From: a virus
Reading direction: 5' to 3' (one strand)
Length of the DNA: 64,000 nt
IMG/VR virus record: IMGVR_UViG_3300023110_002336
Span: 1-64,000 of that record
Program-made: the position numbers and the translations under genes
The notes under the pieces: generated by a model
The model's database searches: none
Told to the model about the DNA's origin: nothing
What the model saw: only the letters and a program-made list of their open reading frames with translations
In this document: positions 46,335 to 55,108 of the stretch, piece after piece
Layout of the letters: the number at the start of each line of letters is the position of its first letter
How positions within the stretch are numbered: the stretch's first letter is position 1

Positions 46335-47343
46335 TTGTCTTGACATTTCTACTTTCGATATAACGAAACCCAATTGGTTGTAAATAATTTATGTCAAATA
46401 GTGTGGCATCTATGTTGGCTCGCCACAAATCTATTGATGTGGTCACTTCTCTTGTGCTGTATAGAGCGAACGCTGCAGATATTAGAGGTCCTGCAATAGC
46501 AGGAGGTAAAGAGGCAGCAGCAGAAATTGCTATATTTAGAAGCTTTTGATTAGCTTTAGTTTTTCTTACAACACCAATGACATCTTGCAACAAGAACATC
46601 AAATCTTGAAATGCTTTTACTAGATTGTTGCCCATACCAACACCTTGTAGCGGATCATACATCTCGTCTTCGCCAAAGAAAGCACCCAAAGTTCCTGCTG
46701 CTGGTCGGGGCTCTGTGTTGTTTCCAGCAATTAGTTCGATAGTAGGAGCAGGAAGCATCTTACCTCCAAGAGAGTTCTTTTCATTAGTGGCTTGCATTCT
46801 GCCTGTAACTATTTTAACACCCTCTCGACCGATGATTCTCACACCATCAGCCTTGATACCAATACCAGAACGTTGTTCCATGTAACCAGATTTGCCCGGA
46901 TCTATACCAAAGTTTGCATCAATATCGGTAAGTTGTGAAATGTAAATTCTTGCAGCATCAGCCTGAAAGCTGTTGTCTGTATTTGTGCCATCATCAGGCT
47001 TACCCATAGATTGCCTCCCAACCACTAAATCAATTCTATTAGCCCCCATAGCTCCTTTGCCACCGTAACCACTGGCAGTTCCCGTAGGTTTATCTGCTCC
47101 AAAAGTTATAAAAGCGCCTTTGTGCTGGATAACATGTTCGTTTGGGCTCGCTGCATAATAAACGTTAATGTCTAGCTTTTCAGTGTTTAGTAAGCCGCTT
47201 AGTCTTGGTACAAGAGGAGAACCGCCAGCATCTTTGCTTTCCATATAGTCTTTTACTTCTCTCTGGATTCTTTTTGCCTCTTTACGACGAGTACCAGAAA
47301 ACTTACTAGGATCTATTATGCTTTTAGTTCTTGATTGTGCCAT
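46330..47343 (-). CDS. Baseplate spike (gp5/VgrG C-terminal beta-helix-like) protein
   Basis: Short beta-strand repeats (DAARIYISQLTDID, SGIGIKADGVRIIGREGVKIVTG) then a hydrophobic helical segment. Position in the baseplate operon supports the call. Confidence 0.55.
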   Translation of the reverse strand: MAQSRTKSIIDPSKFSGTRRKEAKRIQREVKDYMESKDAGGSPLVPRLSGLLNTEKLDINVYYAASPNEHVIQHKGAFITFGADKPTGTASGYGGKGAMGANRIDLVVGRQSMGKPDDGTNTDNSFQADAARIYISQLTDIDANFGIDPGKSGYMEQRSGIGIKADGVRIIGREGVKIVTGRMQATNEKNSLGGKMLPAPTIELIAGNNTEPRPAAGTLGAFFGEDEMYDPLQGVGMGNNLVKAFQDLMFLLQDVIGVVRKTKANQKLLNIAISAAASLPPAIAGPLISAAFALYSTREVTTSIDLWRANIDATLFDINYLQPIGFRYIESRNVKTT

Positions 47344-47360
47344 TGTTTTAATCCTTTAAA

Positions 47361-48548
47361 TTATGAGTGTTTTGAAGTTTGTTTAGCAGTCGCCGCAGAT
47401 GATTCCACAACTGCAGAAGACAGTTCGGCTTCTCTAGCGGCAGTTGCGGCAGCGTGAGCGGCTTCTCCAATGTGCCAAGCTGGATTTAGTTTATCACCAT
47501 TGCTTCTATGTAACTGAAGGTGTAGGTGAGGACCAGAACTATTTCCTGTGTTTCCAGAGTATGCAATTATGTCTCCAGCCTTGACAAATACACCAGATTT
47601 TGCTGTCAACTCTTTTCCTGAAAGGTGCATATAAGATGTGAACCACCCATCTGGATGTGTAAGTCTTATAAAATTTCCTCCACGAGAGCCCTTGTAAGTG
47701 CCATCTGGCTGTTTACCACAGTCTTTTTCTGCTATTGCAACAAGTTTTCCATCCACAGATTTTAGATTAGAAAAATTGTCTTTGCAGTTTGAAGCTCTAA
47801 TAGATACCGTACCATCGTGCATTGCTCTAATCGGAGTTTCAACTTCCGCTCCTAGATCTAAACCTCCGTGAATACCACTACCTCTTTTATTATAAAAATT
47901 ATCAGACACCGGATAACCACTCAAAGGATTTGATAATGGACCAATTGAAGGCTCAAAGTGTTCTTTGTAGCTTGTGCTTATACTACCAACACTAGTAAAG
48001 CTAACAGATTTAAATAAACTCTCCATAGAATCACAAACTTCTTTTTGTTTTTCATTCACGGGTTTAAAATCATTTTCAGATGTGTGTCTTACAATACCAA
48101 GATAAGATTTTGCTCTTCTGCAATTAAATTCATAATCTAGACCTGACTCAAGAGTTACTTTTACAATATCGCCTTTCTTTGGTCTAGCAAAATGATTTGT
48201 TATAACCCGACAAAGTTGTGTATTTAAAGTATTTATTTGAGTTCTTTTTTCATCTGAATAAGTGGGATCGTCTTCACAGTCTTCTGCAAGGAATTTTTGA
48301 GGCTGATTACCTATTAATTTAACGTAAAATTGATATTTTCTATCACCATCTTTTGGATTTGGATTTCTTGATTTTTTATATCCATCGCTCTCAAAATCAG
48401 CAGGAACATTTACAGGCGTTGTCATCACCTTAGCTTCAAACTCATTACTTCTTTTAACACCGGGATTAATCGTTTCTCGGGCTGCATTAACAAGTAGTTC
48501 CATACCAGCGCCCGGATAATTAATTTGATTGAAATCAATCCTCGCCAT
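47361..48548 (-). CDS. gp5-like N-terminal domain fused to an M23 metallopeptidase (virion-associated peptidoglycan hydrolase)
   Basis: PKKGDIVKV (gp5/VgrG OB-fold-like). M23 motifs HGGLD, YMHL and GNTGNSSGPHLHL. Confidence 0.85.
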   Translation of the reverse strand: MARIDFNQINYPGAGMELLVNAARETINPGVKRSNEFEAKVMTTPVNVPADFESDGYKKSRNPNPKDGDRKYQFYVKLIGNQPQKFLAEDCEDDPTYSDEKRTQINTLNTQLCRVITNHFARPKKGDIVKVTLESGLDYEFNCRRAKSYLGIVRHTSENDFKPVNEKQKEVCDSMESLFKSVSFTSVGSISTSYKEHFEPSIGPLSNPLSGYPVSDNFYNKRGSGIHGGLDLGAEVETPIRAMHDGTVSIRASNCKDNFSNLKSVDGKLVAIAEKDCGKQPDGTYKGSRGGNFIRLTHPDGWFTSYMHLSGKELTAKSGVFVKAGDIIAYSGNTGNSSGPHLHLQLHRSNGDKLNPAWHIGEAAHAAATAAREAELSSAVVESSAATAKQTSKHS

Positions 48549-48835
48549 CAGGTTTCTCCTTGAATCATGTCAAAGAGGCTTGCCTTGTCCTCGTCAGACA
48601 AACCAACTTCTTTGGTTCTCTCCTTTTGCTTGAGGGTGAGAACCTTTACCAACTGTTCATTAGAGCGCTGCATGGTTTCAATGTGCTTTGCAGCGACGGG
48701 GGAAAGTGCTCGGTTGTTTTCTGCGTTTTGAGCGATTTGGTTGGCTAACTCATTCAAGAACTCGCGCGCAACCTTGCGGTCGTTGCGAATGTTCTCGATT
48801 GCTTCGTCCATCAAATCATCAAATTCATCGCTCAT
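48548..48835 (-). CDS. Hypothetical helical protein
   Basis: 95 aa, translationally coupled on both sides. Confidence 0.75.
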   Translation of the reverse strand: MSDEFDDLMDEAIENIRNDRKVAREFLNELANQIAQNAENNRALSPVAAKHIETMQRSNEQLVKVLTLKQKERTKEVGLSDEDKASLFDMIQGET

Positions 48836-49524
48836 ATTTTGCCATTCTCCCAGTCTGACTTGAAGTCACAGTATAGCTCTCTAAACTTGTTCAGAGAATT
48901 TACGACCTGCTTTGTATTGAGACCTGTAATCTCTCGCAGATATAGGTAAATAGCTTTTTTATTAAAAATTTCTATGTCGTCTTTGCTCTCGAACAGAACG
49001 ATGATTGCCTTGTATACGCGCTCATCATTGTCGCGCATGTCATTGAATTCCCAAGTCTTCATGTCTTCATAGAAGGATCTCCAGAATTCTCGTTGTAGTT
49101 GCTCAGTGACCCATGTCTCTTCTGTTGCCAGATACTCTTGCTCGTACTTCTTGGGAGCAGCATCGTAGTCTACCTCTCTTTGATTCTTGCGCTTTTGCTT
49201 CTTGACCTTATGGATAAACCAGTTTTTTGTGATCACAGAGAAGTAGGAGAATGCTTTGTGTCCTTTCTCGGGCTGGAACTTGTCAAGGATGGTCATTAAC
49301 CATACCTTACACTCTTCTCTTAGGACATCGATGTTTGGAAGAGTCGTGAACTTGTATGTGTATACGATCTTGTCTACCATCTCACTGAACGCAGGCTGCA
49401 ACATTGTTACATAGATCTCAGTCTTTCTCCTATTACAGTCTGTAGAGCAGTACTCAATAATTGCCTGTTCGTGCTCTTTGGTAAAATAGTGATTAGATTT
49501 CTTCGATCTGCTGCGTCTCGGCAT
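48832..49524 (-). CDS. Phage RNA polymerase sigma factor (T4 gp55-like late-sigma candidate)
   Basis: Region-2-like LDKFQPEKGHKAFSYFSVITKNWFI and C-terminal HTH-like YLREITGLNTKQV. Start reassigned to MPRRSRS at 49524, which has a GGAG RBS. Confidence 0.75.
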   Translation of the reverse strand: MPRRSRSKKSNHYFTKEHEQAIIEYCSTDCNRRKTEIYVTMLQPAFSEMVDKIVYTYKFTTLPNIDVLREECKVWLMTILDKFQPEKGHKAFSYFSVITKNWFIHKVKKQKRKNQREVDYDAAPKKYEQEYLATEETWVTEQLQREFWRSFYEDMKTWEFNDMRDNDERVYKAIIVLFESKDDIEIFNKKAIYLYLREITGLNTKQVVNSLNKFRELYCDFKSDWENGKI

Positions 49525-49822
49525 CTTCTTCTCCGTCTGGTATGTATATGAAGTCAAACTCGTCCATGTATTCTCGGAAGGAACGAGCGTGATCCATCAA
49601 AGCTTGCAGTGTCTGATCACCGTAGAACGCCTCTAGTTCGTACACCTTCTTTACATGCTCGGCAAAGCTTCCTGCTGCTGCTCGTAGATCATCAATCTCT
49701 TCTGAGATCATGACAAGCTTTTGTGCTACGTTGCGAGAATACACAAACAGCAGTGCATTGATCCCGAGAGACAACAACAGGATAAGTGATAGTATCATTT
49801 CTAGCCTACTCATAAAGTCCAT
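49493..49822 (-). CDS. Membrane-anchored coiled-coil hypothetical protein
   Basis: N-terminal TM helix ILSLILLLSLGINALLFVY, then a coiled coil ending in FYGDQTL. Confidence 0.7.
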   Translation of the reverse strand: MDFMSRLEMILSLILLLSLGINALLFVYSRNVAQKLVMISEEIDDLRAAAGSFAEHVKKVYELEAFYGDQTLQALMDHARSFREYMDEFDFIYIPDGEEDAETQQIEEI

Positions 49823-50060
49823 TATTTGCTTTCTCCTTCATCTCAGCCAGTAGCTCACGATTGGCTTCAATGTATTCGTTTGTGAGGGCACCAGTAGCCT
49901 TAGAATCTTCCTGTTTTTTGTTCAGGACTATCGGCTTACCCACCATTTTTGTAACGCTCTCGTGCCCACAGAGGTCGCAAGACTCCTTTTGCTCCGAGAA
50001 CGAGTGAAAAGCCACGAAGTCTCCCTCGCAGCTTTCACATTTGTATCGATAACGCGGCAA
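49806..50060 (-). CDS. FmdB-family zinc-ribbon protein
   Basis: MPRYRYKCESC...CDLCG...VTKM; TTG start. Confidence 0.85.
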   Translation of the reverse strand: MPRYRYKCESCEGDFVAFHSFSEQKESCDLCGHESVTKMVGKPIVLNKKQEDSKATGALTNEYIEANRELLAEMKEKANNGLYE

Positions 50061-50282
50061 TTAGTCGCCCGCCATGTTGAGCAAATCTTGCTCGGTAATT
50101 GGCTTGCTGTTGCTAACGCGGACAGTTGGTGGATTCGTTACGACAAGACCTTCATCTCCTGTCTGTAGTTCAAAACCCTTGATGATTGGAACTATGTCCA
50201 ATTCGTTTAGCAGTGACTCCTGAAGAGCCATCATTAGGGCACCTACTGCCTGATTTGATAGTTTGAATGTTCCGTTGCTCAT
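50061..50282 (-). CDS. Hypothetical protein
   Basis: Start MSNGTFKLS at 50282 with an AAGGAG RBS. Confidence 0.7.
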   Translation of the reverse strand: MSNGTFKLSNQAVGALMMALQESLLNELDIVPIIKGFELQTGDEGLVVTNPPTVRVSNSKPITEQDLLNMAGD

Positions 50283-50284
50283 TA

Positions 50285-51130
50285 TTACTCCTTTGAAACG
50301 GCGCGACCGGGCATGTTTTCCCAATCTCTGTTAATTCTCACCTTATTATTTTTCTCTCTAGTCGCTTCTAGAATTGTTGGCTCTAGTCCCAAACTTGATG
50401 CTACATAAATCATTGCATCTAAATCCTTTGGGAAACAATGCCCACCATACCCAAAATCTCCATCAGGTCCGGGGACAGCGAGGTGACTTCTTCCAATTCT
50501 TTGATCAAAAAGCGCATACTCAGTCACCTTATCATAATCAATTCCTAACTCATTGCAAATCTGGTACATTTCATTTGCAAACGACACCTTCGTTGATAAA
50601 AAGTTATTAATAAAATATTTTACCATTTCTGCAGTTTGGTATCCTGTTTTAATAATAGGAATATACGGAAATGCTTTTCTAAACATTGTTTTTACTTGAG
50701 TTGTATAAGGTCTTGGTCCTCCAAGGATAATACGTGTCTGATTTTTAAAATCTTCTATTGAATTTGCTTCTGTAAGAAATTCTGGGCTAAATATAATATT
50801 TAAACTAATAAACGTATCATTTAGTCTTTCACAAGTACCGGGCGGGACCGTAGACTTTATAACAACGATAGGGGTGCGATTGAATTGTCTGGAAAGCTCA
50901 TCTATGTTTTTTAAAGAGGCTTCTACGATTGTCAAATCGCATTCACCAGTTGAACGCATTGGTGTTGGCAAGCACTGAAAAATAATACCAGAATGTAAAA
51001 CCAGCTTTTCAAGAGTGGAGTTAGATTTGGTTTCATTAATATCGTATGTTCTAATATTATAAAAGTTTTTCAAACCTTCATAGATAGCTGTACCCACAAA
51101 ACCTTGTCCAATTATCCCTACAGAACTCAC
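50285..51130 (-). CDS. UDP-glucose/GDP-mannose dehydrogenase family protein, short form
   Basis: GQGFVG, CLPTP, IKSTVPPGT, SPEFL, AEMVKY and GYGGHCFPKD. Lacks the C-terminal UDP-binding domain. Confidence 0.9.
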   Translation of the reverse strand: MSSVGIIGQGFVGTAIYEGLKNFYNIRTYDINETKSNSTLEKLVLHSGIIFQCLPTPMRSTGECDLTIVEASLKNIDELSRQFNRTPIVVIKSTVPPGTCERLNDTFISLNIIFSPEFLTEANSIEDFKNQTRIILGGPRPYTTQVKTMFRKAFPYIPIIKTGYQTAEMVKYFINNFLSTKVSFANEMYQICNELGIDYDKVTEYALFDQRIGRSHLAVPGPDGDFGYGGHCFPKDLDAMIYVASSLGLEPTILEATREKNNKVRINRDWENMPGRAVSKE

Positions 51131-52002
51131 TTAAGTCTCCTGAAGCAATCTGATATTCCTTCGTTTATTTCAATACCTGCTCGCCAGCCTAGTTCGGCAA
51201 GACCTGATACGTTTGCCTTTGTGGTCATTACATCGCCTTTTCTTGGCTCAGTATAATCAAAATTGACGTTTGGGAAATGCTCTTTTACTACCTGAGACAT
51301 TTCATTTAGAGAAATATTGGCACCTGTACCAACATCAAAAACAGATCCATTCAGCTTTTCTTCGTAGTTCATGCAAAAGATGTTAGCATTGACAACATCG
51401 TCAGCATTGACCATATCGCGGCGTTGTTCACCATCACCAGTAATGAATGGATTGATGCCTTCTCTAATACTCTTCATCCAGTTTGCAACAGCAGTAGCAT
51501 ATGGACCATCTGCTCGTTGGTCATGAGAATAAACATTGAAGTACCTAAGACTTACAGTATCTAAGCCATAAAGATGAGAATACATGGTAGTCTCAAGTTC
51601 TGTGGTAAACTTTTGTAGAGCATAGGGGCTTGCAGGTCCATTTCCATTTCCAACCACAGATGAAGAACTAGAATAAATTACTCTCTTGACAGAGCCAACC
51701 TTTCTTGCAAAATTAAGAACATTGGTTCCTGCAAGTACATTGTTCCTTGTTGTCTCAACAGGATGCTCCACACTATAGCCTACACGGGGAAGACATGCCA
51801 TGTGAAAGACATATTCTGGCTGGAAATTAAAGAAATAAGGGTGAAACTTGCCATCGCTATCTTCTGCCAAGATCTTGTTGATATCTTTTGAGACTTCTTC
51901 GTTAAGATCAATACCAATAACTTTGTGACCCAAAGACTGCAGTCTTGTAAAAAGCTTTGAGCCTATATATCCTTTGTGTCCTGTTACTAAACATCTAGCC
52001 AT
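51127..52002 (-). CDS. NAD-dependent epimerase/dehydratase (extended SDR)
   Basis: TGHKGYIG, SSSS, YALQK, LRYFNVY, GDGEQRRD. Confidence 0.92.
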   Translation of the reverse strand: MARCLVTGHKGYIGSKLFTRLQSLGHKVIGIDLNEEVSKDINKILAEDSDGKFHPYFFNFQPEYVFHMACLPRVGYSVEHPVETTRNNVLAGTNVLNFARKVGSVKRVIYSSSSSVVGNGNGPASPYALQKFTTELETTMYSHLYGLDTVSLRYFNVYSHDQRADGPYATAVANWMKSIREGINPFITGDGEQRRDMVNADDVVNANIFCMNYEEKLNGSVFDVGTGANISLNEMSQVVKEHFPNVNFDYTEPRKGDVMTTKANVSGLAELGWRAGIEINEGISDCFRRLK

Positions 52003-52999
52003 TCTTTTTCACCTGTTTTAGAATCCAATTATACGTCATTTCCATCCCTTCGTATAGGGGTTGTGATACTTCCCATCCTATTTTTTCACGATAAAGCGTG
52101 TTATCAGAGTTTCTTCCGTTAACACCAATTGGGCACTTGTGCCCATACTTAGCTTCAAACTCCTCACCGTCAATGTTATAAAGTTCCAGATCCTTGCCAG
52201 AGATTTGTATTGCCATTCTGGCAAAATCGTTAATCGCGATCATTTCTTCGGAGCCAATGTTAACTGGTCCCGTAAAATCAGACTGCATCAAGCGGTAAGT
52301 GGCTTCAACACATTCATCAACATACAGGAAGGATCTAGTCTGAGTACCCGGTCCCCATACCTCAATCTTACTGCCTTCTGGAGCTTGTGCAACTTTACGA
52401 CAGAAAGCAGCGGGAGCCTTTTCTCTACCACCTTCCCATGTTCCATATGGTCCAAAAATGTTGTGATACCTTGCCACACGCACTTCAAGTCCCTTGTTTC
52501 TCATGAAAGCCAAGAATAGTCTTTCTGAGAAAAGCTTCTCCCAACCATATTCCGAATCTGGATTTGCTGGATATGCAGAGTCTTCAACACAGTTTGGGTT
52601 ATCGGGATCTAGTTGGTTGTGCTCTGGATACATACAAGCAGAAGAGGAGTAGAATACTCTCTTGACCTTCTTTTTGGCTGCTTCGTGCGCAACGTTTAGG
52701 TTGATCATGGCAGAATTATGCATGATATCTGCATCATTCTCGCCAGTAAAAACAAATCCTGCTCCGCCCATATCAGCAGCAAGTTGATAGATTTCATCCA
52801 TTTCTTCGTCAATCACGGCGGCGACAACATAAGGATCTCTCAGATCTCCAATAACAAAATGATCTGCTATCTCATCAACCTTATGAAATTCGTTGTATTT
52901 AAGATCAACACCGCGTACCCAGTAGCCTTTCGACTTTAGATACTTGACAAGATGACCACCGATGAAGCCACCCGCTCCACACACTAATGCTTTTTTCAT
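51995..52999 (-). CDS. GDP-mannose 3,5-epimerase-like SDR
   Basis: GAGGFIG, LAADMGGAGF, SSACMYP, YGWEKL, HNIFGP and GGREKAPAAFCRK, the GME-type motifs including the catalytic Cys and Lys. ATG at 52999. Confidence 0.88.
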   Translation of the reverse strand: MKKALVCGAGGFIGGHLVKYLKSKGYWVRGVDLKYNEFHKVDEIADHFVIGDLRDPYVVAAVIDEEMDEIYQLAADMGGAGFVFTGENDADIMHNSAMINLNVAHEAAKKKVKRVFYSSSACMYPEHNQLDPDNPNCVEDSAYPANPDSEYGWEKLFSERLFLAFMRNKGLEVRVARYHNIFGPYGTWEGGREKAPAAFCRKVAQAPEGSKIEVWGPGTQTRSFLYVDECVEATYRLMQSDFTGPVNIGSEEMIAINDFARMAIQISGKDLELYNIDGEEFEAKYGHKCPIGVNGRNSDNTLYREKIGWEVSQPLYEGMEMTYNWILKQVKKNG

Positions 53000-53622
53000 T
53001 TCACACTCCAAATTTTGCAATCTTCAGCATTGTTTATTTTTTCTATGAAAGAAGAGTATCCAGAATTAAAGATTTTTATCTGTTCGCCTGTTAGGCTTTG
53101 TCTTAGGTTTTTAGATTCTCTAGTTTTACGCTCAGGGAGCCTAAAATCAAAATCTAGAAACTCAGAAATTTTATCTTCATTTTCCCATAGAGTTTCATAC
53201 CTTAGACACATAATATCACATGTTTGCGGTTTGTAAAATGAATCAAACATATTTTCTAGTTTTAGAACGTCTCGAATAAAAATATCTCCAAACTCTCCCC
53301 AATCAGCATCTAGGTTCTTGAAGTGAGCAGGACCCCAGTAGCCTTCAGTTTTACTTTTTCTAACAACCGACAATATAATATCCAAAGGATTACCAAAAGT
53401 AAAAATAACTTTGCAGTTGTCAGGATATTGAATTGGATATAGGTGTGTTTTGTGAACCACCCCGTTCTTGAATACACTAGGATATTCTCTTATAAAAGGT
53501 CTTGTCTTTTTTAAAAATTTCTTTTCGTGCTCCTGAAATCCCCATAAATGATTGTGTAAAGCCACCGTCATTAACTGAGAGCCGCATCGACCAAGCGAAG
53601 CTACAACATATGAATTATTCAT
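52996..53622 (-). CDS. Sulfotransferase-like protein
   Basis: 5'-PSB-like SLGRCGSQL, KTH, 3'-PB-like GNPLDIILS, LRYETL. Confidence 0.7.
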   Translation of the reverse strand: MNNSYVVASLGRCGSQLMTVALHNHLWGFQEHEKKFLKKTRPFIREYPSVFKNGVVHKTHLYPIQYPDNCKVIFTFGNPLDIILSVVRKSKTEGYWGPAHFKNLDADWGEFGDIFIRDVLKLENMFDSFYKPQTCDIMCLRYETLWENEDKISEFLDFDFRLPERKTRESKNLRQSLTGEQIKIFNSGYSSFIEKINNAEDCKIWSVK

Positions 53623-54314
53623 TTTATCACGTATACCCAAGTTTCTGGCCAGTCAAAGCATGTTTCATAATAGCCGTAGTCTTTTAGCTGTGGCTTTACA
53701 GTAACATGTTGAAATTTCTTGGACCACTTATGCTCTTCAGCGTAATCAATCACATCTTGATGACTAATTTTTTGTGGATGAAAATCACCATCTATTTCAT
53801 CTTTTGTATCAAACATTAAAAACATGCTTTTTGAAACTCTCAAACACTCATCGATAGAAGCCTTCCAATCCCAACCATGATCGATAGAATTGTAACCAAA
53901 AAGAATGTCTAGCGAATTATCTTCTAGATGAATGTGTTCGGCGGGAGCATTAATGAAATGAGAATTAGAAGTCCAATTGACATAATTCATATCTTTGAAA
54001 TCATCCATAAAAACATCAATAAAATATTTCTCTTTGCAATTCATTCCATAACACTCTATGATGCCTCCATAAGGTCCTACAGATATCTCCCCTATGATTT
54101 TATCTTTGACATTATCAAATGTGATGCCAGTAATACTTTTTATATCATTTAAGAAAAAATCGTAGTTCGCCTTTTTAGTTTCGGGCTTTTCTTTTGGATC
54201 GCTTTTTCCTACTCTTTTCCACCAATTAATGTTGGTAGCCCTAATGTCATCCCAAGTCAAATTATTGTTCAAACCAAACATTTGCTCTTCTAAATTATAT
54301 GGTTTTTTTAGCAT
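53619..54314 (-). CDS. Class I SAM-dependent methyltransferase-like protein
   Basis: IGEISVGPYGG, FIDV, AEHIHLEDNSLD...NSIDH...ECLRV. Confidence 0.7.
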   Translation of the reverse strand: MLKKPYNLEEQMFGLNNNLTWDDIRATNINWWKRVGKSDPKEKPETKKANYDFFLNDIKSITGITFDNVKDKIIGEISVGPYGGIIECYGMNCKEKYFIDVFMDDFKDMNYVNWTSNSHFINAPAEHIHLEDNSLDILFGYNSIDHGWDWKASIDECLRVSKSMFLMFDTKDEIDGDFHPQKISHQDVIDYAEEHKWSKKFQHVTVKPQLKDYGYYETCFDWPETWVYVIK

Positions 54315-55108
54315 ATTTCAACCTCCGCTGTTGCTCCTCCTAACCACCATGCTACTTCTGTATAAGTACTAAGATAAGTTCCTATAATTGTTTTGTTCTT
54401 GGACAGTAAAAGCATTTCAATGAAGTCTTCTTTGATTCCTTCCCCATGAAAACGACTTGTTGCTATGTCTGTCTCTCTGTCATAAACCAGTACTCTGTTT
54501 CCGTATCTTGTCTTAAATAAATTTTTGACATAATCAGAATCTGACGTAAGATATATATTACCATCCGTAGTATTATTCAAATTAGACTTAACACTGGCAA
54601 AAAAGTTTTCTAATCTGTGAAAGCTATCTTTTCTCTCGATATCGTCCGACCAAGAACGTATGTGTACTGATATGGTCTCATCGTTGAAATTGCTTGAGAA
54701 TCTTTCGACTTTTTCTAAAATCTCTGGATTTATGATTAGGTCATTGAATTTACTAACACATTCAGATCTTACAGCTTCAGGTATTCTTGAAAATTCTAAA
54801 TCAATGTTTCGTAATCTAGGACAAGTAAAACTAAATCTATTACCAGCCATATCTCTGTCTGCTGTAATCTTGGTGAAACCATTAGGTATTGGGTCTGTGT
54901 CTAAAATAGCCAGTCGCCATGAAGGGTAAGTTTTAGCACCTGATGGGATTGATTTCACCTCTACATCATTTAGAAATAAATCAGAAAATTCACAAGTCAA
55001 ATCCTTATTTTTAGTCCAGTGGACACGGTAATCACTGTCAAGCCTCATGGCAGAAACAATCGATTTCATTCTGTTACCCAACCCTGACTTATTGTTGGCT
55101 ACTATCAT
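54308..55108 (-). CDS. GDP-fucose-type glycosyltransferase (NodZ/GT23/O-FucT-like)
   Basis: GLGNRM, ISVHIR, IYLTSD, EMLLLSK...GTYLSTYTEVA. Confidence 0.8.
   Translation of the reverse strand: MIVANNKSGLGNRMKSIVSAMRLDSDYRVHWTKNKDLTCEFSDLFLNDVEVKSIPSGAKTYPSWRLAILDTDPIPNGFTKITADRDMAGNRFSFTCPRLRNIDLEFSRIPEAVRSECVSKFNDLIINPEILEKVERFSSNFNDETISVHIRSWSDDIERKDSFHRLENFFASVKSNLNNTTDGNIYLTSDSDYVKNLFKTRYGNRVLVYDRETDIATSRFHGEGIKEDFIEMLLLSKNKTIIGTYLSTYTEVAWWLGGATAEVEIC

Noticed and set aside
37754-48548. T6SS or extracellular contractile injection system
   Set aside because: Portal, terminase, primase and a sigma factor on the same strand show a genuine phage. No T6SS membrane complex or ClpV/Afp15-type ATPase is seen.
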